Part shown: piece by piece, positions 29,202 through 39,764 of the stretch
Layout: each line of letters starts with the position of its first letter
Position numbering within the stretch: position 1 is the first letter of the stretch
DNA from: an uncultured Alphaproteobacteria bacterium
GTDB taxonomy: Bacteria; Pseudomonadota; Alphaproteobacteria; UBA2966
DNA: 64,000 nt
Direction: 5' to 3'
NCBI GenBank assembly: GCA_958295725.1
Contig: OY282368.1
Coordinates: 2,882,365 to 2,946,364 of the forward strand
Position numbers and translations under genes: made by a program
Notes under the pieces: generated by a model
Told to the model about the DNA's origin: nothing
Database searches by the model: none
The model's input: the letters and a program-made list of their open reading frames with translations, nothing else

Positions 29202-31265
29202 TCAACGCAACGCCGCCTCGATATTACCGCCGTCCACCGTCAGCACCGCCGCCGTCGTCTTGGGAGAGAGGGCGAGGTCGACGAAGGCCTTGGCGACGTC
29301 CTCCACCTTCACTTCGCGTTTCAGCAGATTTCCGCTCCCGAGGTACTGCTCCACCGTCAGACCGCGCGCCGCGGCCCGTTCCTCAAGGAGGTCGCCTTTG
29401 TAGATCCGTGTGCGGACGCGGTCCGCGTTCACGGCGTTGGAGCGGATTCCCTGTTCGCCATATTCCAGGGCGTATTGGCGGGCGAGAGAGAGCGTCGCCG
29501 CCTTGGGAAGACCGTAGGGACCGAAGTTCCTTCCCGGATTCACCGCCTGTTTGGAGGCGTTGAACAACAGCACGCCACCCGTCCCCTGGGCGGTCATCAC
29601 GCGAACGGCGTTCTGAGCCACCGTCTGGTGAGCGAAAAAGTTGAGATCGAAGCTCTGTCGCAGAACGCGGTCGGGGACGTCCCCAATCCGCCCCCGCCAC
29701 GCCGCTCCCGCGTTGGATACCACAATGTCGAGACCGCCGAACGTCCGACAGACCCGATCGAAGGCCCGGCGCACGGAGCGGCGCTCGGTGACGTCGCATA
29801 CGATCCCGATGGCGCTTCCGGCGACGGCGCCGGCGACGGCCTCCGCAGCCGACCGGTTCCGGTCGAGAACCGCGACGGCGGCGCCTTGCTCTGCGAACTC
29901 GCGAGCGGTCGCCGCTCCGATCCCGGAGCCACCCCCGGTGACCAGCACGACCTGCCGCGCCAGCGGCGGCTCCATTCCCTTCCCGAGCTTCGCCTGCTCC
30001 AGCGACCAGTACTCGACATCGAACATGTCTGCCTCGCGGATCGGCCGATAACGGCCGATCGCTTCGGCATCGGTGACGACCTCGATGGTGTTCTCCGCGA
30101 TGTCGGCCACGATACCCGCATCGCTCGCCGACCCACCGGCGCCGAACAGACCGAGCCCGGGGACGAGGACCACGCGCGGATAAGGATCGAGCTCGACCTT
30201 GACCGGCTCTCGCTCGCCGTTGTGACGCGCGAAGTAGGCGCGGTAACGCCGCACATACCGCGCGATCCGTTCCCCCGCTTCCCGTTTGAAGGCCGAGAGA
30301 TCGCCCGCAAGGGGCGCCGGCAGGACCAGGGGCCAGTTCTTCGTGCGGATCGCGTGATCTGGCGTCACCACGCCGACCTGGCTGTAACGACCGACGTCCT
30401 CTCCGTCGACATAGGTCCGGATGCGCCCGTTCGTGCGGAAGTCGAGGATGGCGCGGCGCCATTCCCCGCCCGCGTCGTCCAGCGGCTCGGCGAGGAGACC
30501 GCGGACGATGGGGCCGACCTCGGAGGCCCGCGCGATCCGGGGCGGGAGGCGCGATGGCCTGAACCGCTCGCGCCGGCCCCGCCGAAGACGAGCCTCCGCC
30601 AGAGACACCAAGTCGATCATCCGCTCATAGGCGTCGCGCGCGGTGTCCCCGAACGTGAAGATTCCGTGTTTGAGCAAGATCAGGCCTTCGACGCCAGGGT
30701 TCGCTTCGTGGATCTCGGCCGCCTCCCTGGCCAAGGCGAAGCCGGGCATTACGTAGGGCACGAGCGCGACACGGCCGCCGAAGACCTCGCGGCAGAGCGC
30801 GTCGCCGTCGGGCTGGTCGGTCACGGCGAGCACGGCGGTGGAATGGGTATGATCGACGTACTTGTACGGCAGGAACGCATGCAGCAGCGTCTCCACCGAC
30901 GGGTTGGGAGACGTCGAATCGAGCAGGCACCCGCGCTGCAAATTGACCATTTCCCCGTCCGAAAGCGAATCGAGATGCCGCAACTCGAGCAGCGCGGCGA
31001 TCCGTAGCGCCGGAAGACCGCGGGGCTCGATATCTCCCATGTCCCAACCGCTGCCCTTGACGCACAACACGTCGACGCGCCGGCCGAGGGAGTCCCGCAT
31101 GGTCGTCTTGACCGAGGTGTTGCCCCCGCCGTGCAACACGAGCCTGGGATCCCGTCCAAGCAGGCGCGTGGTGTAGACGCGCAACGCCAGATCGCGATCC
31201 ACCCCTCGACGCGCGTAGGCCCGAACCAGGCGCTCAGCCTCTCGAGAGCACCACCGGCTCTTCAT
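29202..31265 (-). CDS. Bifunctional class II aldolase / short-chain dehydrogenase (RhaD/RhaEW-like fusion)
   Basis: LHGGGNTSVK, PSVETLLHAF..VDHTH, KHGIFTFG; C-terminal SDR TGGGSGIG, SNAG, YGLPK. Confidence 0.9.
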   Translation of the reverse strand: MKSRWCSREAERLVRAYARRGVDRDLALRVYTTRLLGRDPRLVLHGGGNTSVKTTMRDSLGRRVDVLCVKGSGWDMGDIEPRGLPALRIAALLELRHLDSLSDGEMVNLQRGCLLDSTSPNPSVETLLHAFLPYKYVDHTHSTAVLAVTDQPDGDALCREVFGGRVALVPYVMPGFALAREAAEIHEANPGVEGLILLKHGIFTFGDTARDAYERMIDLVSLAEARLRRGRRERFRPSRLPPRIARASEVGPIVRGLLAEPLDDAGGEWRRAILDFRTNGRIRTYVDGEDVGRYSQVGVVTPDHAIRTKNWPLVLPAPLAGDLSAFKREAGERIARYVRRYRAYFARHNGEREPVKVELDPYPRVVLVPGLGLFGAGGSASDAGIVADIAENTIEVVTDAEAIGRYRPIREADMFDVEYWSLEQAKLGKGMEPPLARQVVLVTGGGSGIGAATAREFAEQGAAVAVLDRNRSAAEAVAGAVAGSAIGIVCDVTERRSVRRAFDRVCRTFGGLDIVVSNAGAAWRGRIGDVPDRVLRQSFDLNFFAHQTVAQNAVRVMTAQGTGGVLLFNASKQAVNPGRNFGPYGLPKAATLSLARQYALEYGEQGIRSNAVNADRVRTRIYKGDLLEERAAARGLTVEQYLGSGNLLKREVKVEDVAKAFVDLALSPKTTAAVLTVDGGNIEAALR

Positions 31266-31278
31266 GCGTCCTCGCTTT

Positions 31279-32385
31279 TCAGGCGGCGTGCCTCGCCCGC
31301 TCGGGGTACAGCGACGCCAAGCCCTCGACCGACGCTTCGCAGATCCCCCGTTCGGTGATCAACGCGGTCACGAGATGCGCGGGCGTGACGTCGAAGGCGA
31401 AATTCGCGGCGGCGCTACCGTCGGGCGTCAGTCGGACGGTCGCGACCTCGCCCGACCGGGTCCGACCCGAAATCTCCGTGACCTCGATGCCGTCACGCTC
31501 CTCGATGGGTATGTCGCGGACGCCGTCGCGGATGGTCCAGTCGACGGTGGAATGCGGCAGACCGACGTAAAACGGCACGCCGTTGTCACGCGCGGCCAGG
31601 GCCTTCGGATAGGTCCCGATCTTGTTGCAGACATCGCCGGCCGCAGTCGTGCGGTCCGTCCCGGTAATGCACAAGTCGACGCGGCCGTGCTGCATGAGAT
31701 GGCCGCCGGCGTTGTCGACGACGACCGTATGCGGCACGCCATGATGAACCAGCTCCCATGCCGTGATGCTGGCGCCCTGGTTGCGCGGCCGCGTCTCTCC
31801 GACCCAGACGTGGACCGGAATCCCGGCATCGTGCGCCTTGTAGATGGGCGCCGTGGCGGTGCCCCAATCGACGGTGGCAAGCCAGCCCGCGTTGCAATGC
31901 GTGAGGATCTCGACGGGCCTTGATCGGCCGGCGGCTTCCCAGGCCTCGCGAACCAGGGAGAGCCCGTGGTCGCCGATAGCCTCGCAGGTGGCCACGTCGT
32001 CATCGCAGACGGCGGCGGCCTTGGCGTAAGCGGCATCCGGCCTGTCTCCGGCGGGGAGCGCGCTCGTCGCCGCCTTCATCTCGTCAAGCGCCCAGCGCAG
32101 ATTGACGGCGGTGGGGCGCGTCGCCAGCAGCATCTCGCAGGCCTGGATCAGGGACGCATCGGAAGGGTCCTCGGCCAGCGCCAGACAGACGCCGTAGGCG
32201 GCCATCGCGCCGATCAGGGGCGCTCCCCGCACGCGCATGTTCCTTATGGCTTCAGCGGCGTCCGCGACGGTGTTCAGCGCGCGCGTGACGAATTCGTGCG
32301 GCAGACGGGTCTGGTCGATTATGTGGACGCTACGCCCGTCGTCTCCGACCCAGATCGTGCGATATGGCGCGCCGTGGACGTTCAT
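31279..32385 (-). CDS. mtnA: S-methyl-5-thioribose-1-phosphate isomerase
   Basis: IDQTRLP, MRVRGAPLIG, TRPTAVNL, LTHCNAGWLATVDWGTA, ETRPRNQG, NKIGTY, FDVTP. Confidence 0.96.
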   Translation of the reverse strand: MNVHGAPYRTIWVGDDGRSVHIIDQTRLPHEFVTRALNTVADAAEAIRNMRVRGAPLIGAMAAYGVCLALAEDPSDASLIQACEMLLATRPTAVNLRWALDEMKAATSALPAGDRPDAAYAKAAAVCDDDVATCEAIGDHGLSLVREAWEAAGRSRPVEILTHCNAGWLATVDWGTATAPIYKAHDAGIPVHVWVGETRPRNQGASITAWELVHHGVPHTVVVDNAGGHLMQHGRVDLCITGTDRTTAAGDVCNKIGTYPKALAARDNGVPFYVGLPHSTVDWTIRDGVRDIPIEERDGIEVTEISGRTRSGEVATVRLTPDGSAAANFAFDVTPAHLVTALITERGICEASVEGLASLYPERARHAA

Positions 32386-32406
32386 GGGACGACTCCCGGC
32401 TGTTCC

Positions 32407-32934
32407 TCATTCCCCTTCGAACTCGCAGAGCGCAAGGACCTCGAGTCCCATGTCTTCGACTCGCTTGCGGCCGCCCAGGTCCGGCAGGTCGATGACGAAC
32501 GAGCAGCCGACAACCTCGGCGCCGACCTGCCGCAGGAGCTTGATCGCCGCTTCCGCCGTTCCACCGGTCGCGATGAGATCGTCGACGAGAAGCACGTGGG
32601 AACTCGGCTCGATCGCGTCCCGGTGGATCTCCACCCGGTCCGTGCCGTATTCCAGTTCGTAATCCTCGCCGATCGTCTCCCAGGGGAGCTTGCCCTTCTT
32701 GCGCACGGGAACGAAGCCGACCGAGAGCTGATAGGCCACCGCGCCGCCGAGGACGAACCCGCGCGCCTCGATGCCGGCGACGACATCGATGCGATCGCCC
32801 GCGTAGGGCTGAATCAGTTCATCGACGGCCTTACGGAAACCGAACGGATCCCGCAGCAGGGTCGTGATGTCCCGAAACATCACGCCTTTCCTCGGATAGT
32901 TCGGAATGGTGCGGATGAGCGACTTGTAGGGCAT
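32407..32934 (-). CDS. apt: Adenine phosphoribosyltransferase
   Basis: [38 protein letters not shown]. Confidence 0.96.
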   Translation of the reverse strand: MPYKSLIRTIPNYPRKGVMFRDITTLLRDPFGFRKAVDELIQPYAGDRIDVVAGIEARGFVLGGAVAYQLSVGFVPVRKKGKLPWETIGEDYELEYGTDRVEIHRDAIEPSSHVLLVDDLIATGGTAEAAIKLLRQVGAEVVGCSFVIDLPDLGGRKRVEDMGLEVLALCEFEGE

Positions 32935-32961
32935 CCGTTGCTCCCGCGACATCGAGTGCGA

Positions 32962-33867
32962 CTATGGCGCGTCGTGGACGGACGCGTCGAGCACTCGGCC
33001 GGCGACGGCGTCCAGTTTCGCGAGCATGGCGGGGTCGCGCACCTCGGGAGCCGTGATCAGCGCCGTTTCGAGCGCCCGGTCGCACCCGTGCGGACAAGTC
33101 GCCGGTCGGTCACCGAGCGCGGGTATCACGGCGCGCACGAGATCGCGCGCCTTGCCGGCATTGCTCACGAGTACGCGGATGATGTCTCCGACCTCGACGT
33201 TGTCGTGATCCGGGTGCCAACAGTCGTAATCGGTGACCATCGCGACGGTGGCGTAGCACATCTCCGCCTCCCTCGCGAGCCTGGCCTCGGGCATGTTGGT
33301 CATGCCGATCACGGAGCAGCCCCAACTACGGTAGAGCTCCGATTCGGCCAAGCTCGAGAATTGGGGGCCCTCCATGGCGAGATAGGTGCCGCCACGCGCC
33401 ATCGGGATGTTCAGGGACCTGGCCGCGGCCTCCAGACGGTCACCGAGACGGGCGCACACCGGGTGGGCCATGGATACGTGCGCCACCATGCCCTCGCCGA
33501 AGAACGTCTGGCGCCGTTCGAAGGTACGGTCGATAAACTGATCGACGAGCACGAACGTGCCCGGTGCCAACTCCTCCCTGAAAGATCCCACGGCACTGAC
33601 GGAAATGACGTCGGTCACCCCGGCCCGCTTCAGTGCGTCGATGTTGGCGCGAAAGTTGATGTCGGTCGGCGACAGCGGATGGCCGCGGCCGTGCCGTGGC
33701 AGGAAGGCCAGATCGGTTCCGGCGAGCCGGCCGAACATCAGTTCGTCCGACGGCTTCCCGAACGGCGATTCGACCATCTCCCAGCGAACGTCCTCCAGTC
33801 CGTCGATATCGTAAACGCCGCTTCCGCCGATGACGCCGGTCATCGCCCTGCCGTCCGTTCCAGTCAT
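32962..33867 (-). CDS. mtnP: S-methyl-5'-thioadenosine phosphorylase
   Basis: IGGSGVY, FLPRHGRGH, MEGPQFSSLAES, IGMTNMPEARLAREAE, VTDYDCW. Confidence 0.95.
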   Translation of the reverse strand: MTGTDGRAMTGVIGGSGVYDIDGLEDVRWEMVESPFGKPSDELMFGRLAGTDLAFLPRHGRGHPLSPTDINFRANIDALKRAGVTDVISVSAVGSFREELAPGTFVLVDQFIDRTFERRQTFFGEGMVAHVSMAHPVCARLGDRLEAAARSLNIPMARGGTYLAMEGPQFSSLAESELYRSWGCSVIGMTNMPEARLAREAEMCYATVAMVTDYDCWHPDHDNVEVGDIIRVLVSNAGKARDLVRAVIPALGDRPATCPHGCDRALETALITAPEVRDPAMLAKLDAVAGRVLDASVHDAP

Positions 33868-34043
33868 GTCGCTGATGCCTCCACTGTCCGATTCGGGTAG
33901 CGGGAACCGATATCCGTCCTTCCTCCAGGTCGCCGAACGTTGCGCGGCGGCTCGCGGACGGACCATCGGAAACCGACGCCGGAAACGAACTGTCGAGTCT
34001 CTCCCGGCGTTCCAGGCCGATACTTCCGAGTATGGACGTCGGC

Positions 34044-34832
34044 TTAATGCACGTCGCGCCAGACTTTGCGTTTGACCATGTAGAGAAGCACGGTCAGCAA
34101 GACCAGAAAGGTCATCACCTTGATGCCCATCCGCTTGCGCGCTTCCATCTCGGGCTCGGCCGCCCAAGTCAGGAACGTTGTGACGTCCCGCGCCATCCGC
34201 TCGACGGACGCTTTCGTGCCGTCCGCGTATTCGACGCCATCCTCGACCAGGGGCGGCGGCATGGCGATCTGGCTGCCGTCATAATAGGGATTGTAGCTCA
34301 TCCCCTCGCCCAACTCGACGTCGGCGGGCGGGTCCTCGTAGCCTGTCAGTAGTGAAAATACGTAATCCTCGCCACCGGCGCGAGCCTTGACGATCAGAGA
34401 CAGATCCGGCGGCAGGGAGCCGTTGTTGGCCGCCCGCGCCGCGTTGTCGTTGGCGAAAGGCGCCGGCATGTAGTCGGCAAGAACGGCCGGCCGCTCGAAC
34501 ATCTCGCCTTCCTCGTCGGGACCGTCCGTGACCTCGTACTGGGCAGCGATGGCCTTGGCCTGCATCTCATCGAAGCCGATGGACCGCAGATTGCGGAAAG
34601 CGAAGTATTTGAGCGCGTGACACGTCGCGCAGACCTCCTGATAGACCTGGAAGCCGCGCTGGAGCTCGGCCCGGTCATAGGTGCCGAACGGCCCCTGGAA
34701 CGAGAAGCCGGGCGATTTCGGCGCCCTACCGTCGCCGGCCGCCATCAAGGGTCCGGCCGCCAGAAGCGCCAAGCAGGCAGCGACCACGGCAAGCACCGGC
34801 CGCACGAATATCGTCGGGCATCGACCGGTCAT
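34044..34832 (-). CDS. petC: Cytochrome c1
   Basis: Signal peptide, [31 protein letters not shown]-terminal TM anchor. Confidence 0.96.
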   Translation of the reverse strand: MTGRCPTIFVRPVLAVVAACLALLAAGPLMAAGDGRAPKSPGFSFQGPFGTYDRAELQRGFQVYQEVCATCHALKYFAFRNLRSIGFDEMQAKAIAAQYEVTDGPDEEGEMFERPAVLADYMPAPFANDNAARAANNGSLPPDLSLIVKARAGGEDYVFSLLTGYEDPPADVELGEGMSYNPYYDGSQIAMPPPLVEDGVEYADGTKASVERMARDVTTFLTWAAEPEMEARKRMGIKVMTFLVLLTVLLYMVKRKVWRDVH

Positions 34833-36079
34833 TGCGCGCCCTCCTTCGCCGAATCCACGCCGCCTCCCTTGTCGAGGACCGACGTGGCGATGGAGTCGGG
34901 CAGCTGTCGCGGCGTCTCGAACCAGCCAACGAACGGCATGATGACGATGAAGTGCAGGAAGTAGTAGGCCGTCGCCAGCTGACCGATCAGGATGAAATGA
35001 CCCTCGGGCGGATTGGCGCCGACCCACCCGAGAACCAGGATGTCAGCGATCAGAATCCAATAGAACTGCCTATAGATGGGTCGGAATGTCGCCGATCGCA
35101 CCCGGGACGTGTCGAGCCACGGGATCAGGAACAACACGCCGATGGCCGCCCCCATCGCGACGACGCCTCCGAGCTTGTCCGGGATGGCCCGCAAGATCGC
35201 GTAATACGGCAGCAGATACCACTCGGGCACGATGTGCGGCGGGGTTTGCAGTGGATTGGCGGGGATGTAGTTGTCGGGATGCCCTAGGTAGTTCGGGTTG
35301 TAGAACACCCAGTAGGCGAAAACGATCAGGAACACGCCGAGGCCCAACAGATCCTTCACCGTGTAATACGGATTGAAGGGGATGGTATCCTGCGGACCCT
35401 TCACGTCGATGCCGGCAGGGTTGTTGGAGCCATGCGTATGCAGCGCCCAGATGTGGACGATAACCACGCCGGCGATGACGAAGGGCAGGAGGTAGTGCAG
35501 GCTGAAGAAGCGCTGAAGCGTCGGGCTGTCGACCGCGAAACCGCCCCACAGCCAAGTCACGATGGGGTCGCCGATCAGAGGAATGGCCGAGAACAGGTTG
35601 GTGATCACGGTGGCGGCCCAGAAACTCATTTGACCCCAGGGCAGGACGTAGCCCATGAAGGCGGTCGCCATCATGAGCAGCATGATCGCGAGTCCGATCC
35701 ACCACAGGAGCTCGCGCGGGTACTTGTAGGAACCGTAGTACAGACCGCGGAAGACGTGGATGTAGACCACGAGGAAGAACATCGAGGCGCCGTTGGCGTG
35801 GATGTAGCGGATCAGCCAGCCGTAGTTGACGTCGCGCATGATGTGCTCGACGGAATCGAACGCCATGTCCCCATGCGGCACGTAGTGCATGGCGAGCACG
35901 ATGCCGGTCACGATCTGAATGACGAGCGCGGCGCCCGCCAAGGAACCCATATTCCACAGGTAGTTCAGGTTCTTCGGAGCGGGATAGCCCGAACCGACGG
36001 AGTGATCGAGCCAACTGAAAATCGGCAGCCGATACTCGATCCACTGCACGATCCGGTTGCCGGAACCGGGAGAACTCAT
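34829..36079 (-). CDS. petB: Cytochrome b
   Basis: [40 protein letters not shown]. Confidence 0.98.
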   Translation of the reverse strand: MSSPGSGNRIVQWIEYRLPIFSWLDHSVGSGYPAPKNLNYLWNMGSLAGAALVIQIVTGIVLAMHYVPHGDMAFDSVEHIMRDVNYGWLIRYIHANGASMFFLVVYIHVFRGLYYGSYKYPRELLWWIGLAIMLLMMATAFMGYVLPWGQMSFWAATVITNLFSAIPLIGDPIVTWLWGGFAVDSPTLQRFFSLHYLLPFVIAGVVIVHIWALHTHGSNNPAGIDVKGPQDTIPFNPYYTVKDLLGLGVFLIVFAYWVFYNPNYLGHPDNYIPANPLQTPPHIVPEWYLLPYYAILRAIPDKLGGVVAMGAAIGVLFLIPWLDTSRVRSATFRPIYRQFYWILIADILVLGWVGANPPEGHFILIGQLATAYYFLHFIVIMPFVGWFETPRQLPDSIATSVLDKGGGVDSAKEGAQ

Positions 36080-36090
36080 GTGGGGGCTCC

Positions 36091-36639
36091 CTAGCCGATT
36101 TTGATGGTGGTGTCGGAAAGGAATTCGTATGGCGGGACCGCGAGGTTTTCGGGAGCCGGTCCCTTCCTGATCCGGCCCGAAGTATCGTAGTGCGAGCCGT
36201 GACACGGGCAGAACCAACCGCCGAACTCACCTTGAGGATCGGTGGCCTTCTGGCCCAGAGGCACGCACCCGAGATGGGTGCAGACGCCGACCATGACCAG
36301 CCATTTGTCCTGCCGGACCCGATCCTCGTCGGCTTGCGGGTCTCGCAGGCCTCCGACGTCCACATTGCGCGCCGCCTCGATTTCGGCGGCCGTTCGGTGA
36401 CGAATGAAAACGGGTTTGCCCCGCCATACGACCGTGACGGCCTGTCCCTCCTCAAGGGTGGACAGGTCCACCTCGGTGGAGGCGAGAGCCAACACGTCGG
36501 AAGACGGGTTCATCTGATCGACGAGAGGCCATGCCGCCAGCGCGGTTCCAACGCCGCCAAAGGCTCCCGTCGCGATGTAAAGGAAATCACGGCGGCTCGC
36601 GTCATCCCCGTGTCCGCCGTCGGACGTCGTCGTCGACAT
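36091..36639 (-). CDS. petA: Ubiquinol-cytochrome c reductase Rieske Fe-S subunit
   Basis: Tat signal SRRDFL, CTHLGC and CPCHGS boxes. Confidence 0.98.
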   Translation of the reverse strand: MSTTTSDGGHGDDASRRDFLYIATGAFGGVGTALAAWPLVDQMNPSSDVLALASTEVDLSTLEEGQAVTVVWRGKPVFIRHRTAAEIEAARNVDVGGLRDPQADEDRVRQDKWLVMVGVCTHLGCVPLGQKATDPQGEFGGWFCPCHGSHYDTSGRIRKGPAPENLAVPPYEFLSDTTIKIG

Positions 36640-36799
36640 GTGACCAAACCCGCTAATTCATGCGAAAGGCGCGCTCTTTGTCTCAAAAATCCCCTGCCTT
36701 GTCCAGAGCGTGCAAGGTATGGTGACGTATCGAGCCATGCGTCGGACGGACGAGTTCGCGCGACAGGCGGAATCCTTGGGGCTCGATCACGACAACACC

Positions 36800-37654
36800 A
36801 TGACACTCCCGACCGAGGATCGCCGGAATCACGCCGCCAACTGGTTCCGGCAGTTGCGGAACGACATCTGCGCGGACTTCGAGAGACTGGAAGACGCCTA
36901 CAGCGGGCCGTTGTCCGACCAGCCGCCCGGCCGGTTCGAGCGGCGGGAGTGGTCGCGTGGCGAGGACGGCGGCGGTGGCGTGATGTCGATCATGCGCGGG
37001 CGCGTCTTCGAAAAGGTCGGCGTCAACATCTCGACCGTGCATGGCGAGCTCTCGAAGGAATTCCGCGGCAATGTCCCGGGGGCCGAGGAGTATCCCGGAT
37101 TTTGGGCGACCGGCATCTCGCTGGTGGCGCACATGTGGTCCCCCCACGTGCCGACGGTGCATATGAATACCCGGCACATCGTGACCACGAAAGCGTGGTT
37201 CGGCGGCGGCGCCGACCTTACGCCGACGATCGCCAACGACACGGATACGCGGGAGTTTCACACCGAACTGAAGAAAGCCTGCGATTTCCACGATCCAGCG
37301 TACTATCCGAGGTTCAAGCGGGCCTGCGATGAATACTTTCATCTGGCCCATCGTGACGAGCCTCGCGGCGTGGGCGGCATTTTCTTCGACTACCACGACA
37401 CCGGCGACTGGATGGCGGATTTCGCTTTCACCCGGGACGTCGGTCTCGCCTTCAGCGAAGTCTTTCCACGCATCGTGCGCCGTCACATGAACGAGACCTG
37501 GACCGACGAGGAGCGCGAACGCCAACTCATCCGCCGCGGACGCTATGTCGAATTCAACCTGCTGTACGACCGCGGCACCCAGTTCGGGCTGAAGACGGGT
37601 GGCAACGTAGACGCGATCCTGATGTCGTTGCCACCCGAGGTGAAATGGCCGTAA
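36800..37654 (+). CDS. hemF: Oxygen-dependent coproporphyrinogen III oxidase
   Basis: [58 protein letters not shown]. Confidence 0.96.
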   Translation: MTLPTEDRRNHAANWFRQLRNDICADFERLEDAYSGPLSDQPPGRFERREWSRGEDGGGGVMSIMRGRVFEKVGVNISTVHGELSKEFRGNVPGAEEYPGFWATGISLVAHMWSPHVPTVHMNTRHIVTTKAWFGGGADLTPTIANDTDTREFHTELKKACDFHDPAYYPRFKRACDEYFHLAHRDEPRGVGGIFFDYHDTGDWMADFAFTRDVGLAFSEVFPRIVRRHMNETWTDEERERQLIRRGRYVEFNLLYDRGTQFGLKTGGNVDAILMSLPPEVKWP

Positions 37655-37759
37655 GCGTCAGCGATGGCGGTTGGGCGCTCCCCTGGACGCCGGTCCGGCG
37701 GCCAACTCTCCGACGGGCAGTGCCGATCCCGACGATCGCAAATACGAAGGGAAACCGAT

Positions 37760-37835
37760 TGGCGTCCCCTAGGGGACTCGAACCCCTGTTTTCGGCGTGA
37801 GAGGCCGATGTCCTAGGCCACTAGACGAAGGGGAC
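37760..37835 (-). tRNA. tRNA-Glu(CTC)
   Basis: Reverse complement GTCCCCTTCGTCTAGTGGCCTAGGACATCGGCCT-CTC-ACGCCGAAAACAGGGGTTCGAGTCCCCTAGGGGACGCCA folds as a cloverleaf with encoded CCA. Confidence 0.96.
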
Positions 37836-37958
37836 GCCGTGATCCGTAGGAGATAGCCGACGACTCTCGTTTGATCAAGTCCCTGTCCCGGTTCAGGACA
37901 CACACCGACGCGAACGGACGGCGACGGGACAACGCGGCTGGACGGCGGCCGGTTCCGT

Positions 37959-38729
37959 TCATTGCGCCGTGACTCCACCGTCGATCACGAATTCCGCACC
38001 GGTGACGAACTTCGATTCGTCGGAAGCGAGATAGACGATCATGTGCGCCACGTCGTCGGGCTCGCCGATCCCGCCGAGGGGAATCTGCCGCGCGAGCTTC
38101 CGGCGGGTCCGCTCGGGATCGTCCGACGCCTCGATCATCGACCGCACCATGGCCGTCTCGATGAACGTGGGATGGACCGAGTTGCAGCGAATGCCGTAGC
38201 CGGCCCGCGCGCAGTGGAGCGCGACGGACTTGGTCAGCAGGCGGACACCGCCCTTCGAAGAATTGTAGGCCGCGAGGTTGTGGCCGCCGACCAGCCCGGA
38301 TACCGACGACAGGTTGACGATCGACCCACCCCCGCCGCCCTTCATCGCCTCGACGCCGTGCCGGCACCCGAGGAAGACCCCGTCGAGGTTCACGGCATGG
38401 ACCAGCCGCCACGCCTCGAGCGACAGCGACTCGATGTCCCCCAGGATCACGACGCCGGCGTTGTTGACGAGCACGTCGAGGCGGCCGAAGGCCTCCAGCG
38501 TAGCCTTCATGGCGCGGCCCCAATCCTCCGGCCGCGTGACGTCGAGCCGCTCGAAGCGCGCGGACGCGCCGATCTCCGAGGCGGCGTCGTTGCCTGCCTC
38601 GTCCAGGATGTCCGTAACCACGACGCGCGCGCCCTGCTCCGCCATGCGGACCGCGGCGGCGCGACCGAGGCCGGCGGCCGCGCCCGTCACCAGGGCGACC
38701 TTGCCGTCGAGCCTGCCGGCAGAGGTCAT
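37959..38729 (-). CDS. SDR oxidoreductase (hydroxysteroid/cyclopentanol dehydrogenase-like)
   Basis: TGAAAGLG, NNAG, YNSSKGG, ALHCA...IRCNSVHP. Confidence 0.88.
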   Translation of the reverse strand: MTSAGRLDGKVALVTGAAAGLGRAAAVRMAEQGARVVVTDILDEAGNDAASEIGASARFERLDVTRPEDWGRAMKATLEAFGRLDVLVNNAGVVILGDIESLSLEAWRLVHAVNLDGVFLGCRHGVEAMKGGGGGSIVNLSSVSGLVGGHNLAAYNSSKGGVRLLTKSVALHCARAGYGIRCNSVHPTFIETAMVRSMIEASDDPERTRRKLARQIPLGGIGEPDDVAHMIVYLASDESKFVTGAEFVIDGGVTAQ

Positions 38730-38819
38730 GCCTGGGGCCCGGAATCGCGATCCCCCGCCCGACGGGCCGGTTGGCGGCCGTCGCGAGCCTCTGGACGGCG
38801 GGACACCGGAGGCAGGCCG

Positions 38820-39764
38820 TCACCCGTTATCGACCCACCACGCCGCCAGCTGGTGGGCGATCGATGCGGGGAACGGCAGATGGAAGGCGCCGTCTTCCGA
38901 TTGTTCCGACTTGACGAGGCGGAGTCCCTCGCGCACCTGGTCGCGCGTGAACCACGCGGCGTCCTCGACCTCCCGCGTGTCCACGTTCAGGGCCTCGCTG
39001 ATGGCCTGGCCGACGCAGCCGATCATCAGGGAGGACGGGAACGGCCAAGGTTGGGACGAGTGGTACATCACGTCCCCCACGCGCACGCCCGTCTCCTCGA
39101 AGACCTCGCGCCGCACGGCCTCCTCGATCGTCTCTCCAGGATCCATGAACCCCGCCAGGGTCGAGAACATGCCGGGCGCCCAGAACGACTGACGGCCCAG
39201 GAGAGCCTTGTCGCCCTTGACCACCATCATGATGACCACCGGGTCGGTGCGGGGGAAGTGTCGCGCGCCGCAGGCCGCGTCGGGGCAGTCGCGCCGGTAT
39301 CCCCCGTCTGCGAGCCCCGTCGGAGTCCCGCACCGCGCACAATACCGATGCCGGTCGTGCCAGCCGATCAGCGTACGCGCCTGGGCCGCGATGGAGGTCT
39401 CGTTCGCGGACAGCCGGGACGCCAGTCCTCGCACTTCTTCGAACGCGCCCGCGCCTTCCAGGAGCGGACCCGTTTCCGTGGGGTCGGCCTCGCCGTCGAG
39501 TCCGGTCGCGAACCGGCCGGCCTTTCCGTCGAGACCGAGAAACACCACCTCGCCCGCGCGGGAATCGTCCGTCAGGACGTCGACGGGCTGCCAGGCGAGG
39601 CTGATCGTCGGCGCGACCGTGACCAGGGCCTTGAGCCGCCAGAGCGGCAGCATCCTGCTGTCGGGCCTCGTCAAGAGCTCCCGCAAGGCGGCCGCGTCCC
39701 GCCGGAGGTGGGCCGCGCGGTCCAGCGGACTGCCCGCGAAGACGTGAGGTTCCGTCCGGATCAC
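38820..39764 (-). CDS. nudC: NAD(+)/NADH diphosphatase NudC, copy 2
   Basis: GTG start; FAGSPLDR, CARC..C....C zinc ribbon, FPRTDP, Nudix box, SQPWPFP. Confidence 0.92.
   Translation of the reverse strand: MIRTEPHVFAGSPLDRAAHLRRDAAALRELLTRPDSRMLPLWRLKALVTVAPTISLAWQPVDVLTDDSRAGEVVFLGLDGKAGRFATGLDGEADPTETGPLLEGAGAFEEVRGLASRLSANETSIAAQARTLIGWHDRHRYCARCGTPTGLADGGYRRDCPDAACGARHFPRTDPVVIMMVVKGDKALLGRQSFWAPGMFSTLAGFMDPGETIEEAVRREVFEETGVRVGDVMYHSSQPWPFPSSLMIGCVGQAISEALNVDTREVEDAAWFTRDQVREGLRLVKSEQSEDGAFHLPFPASIAHQLAAWWVDNG

Noticed and set aside
29202..31265. Rhamnose catabolism locus
   Set aside because: No rhamnose isomerase, kinase, mutarotase or transporter in the window; the context is MTA salvage.
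37655..37760. Possible integration site at the tRNA-Glu 3' end
   Set aside because: No integrase and no duplicated tRNA 3' end seen; hemF is directly adjacent.
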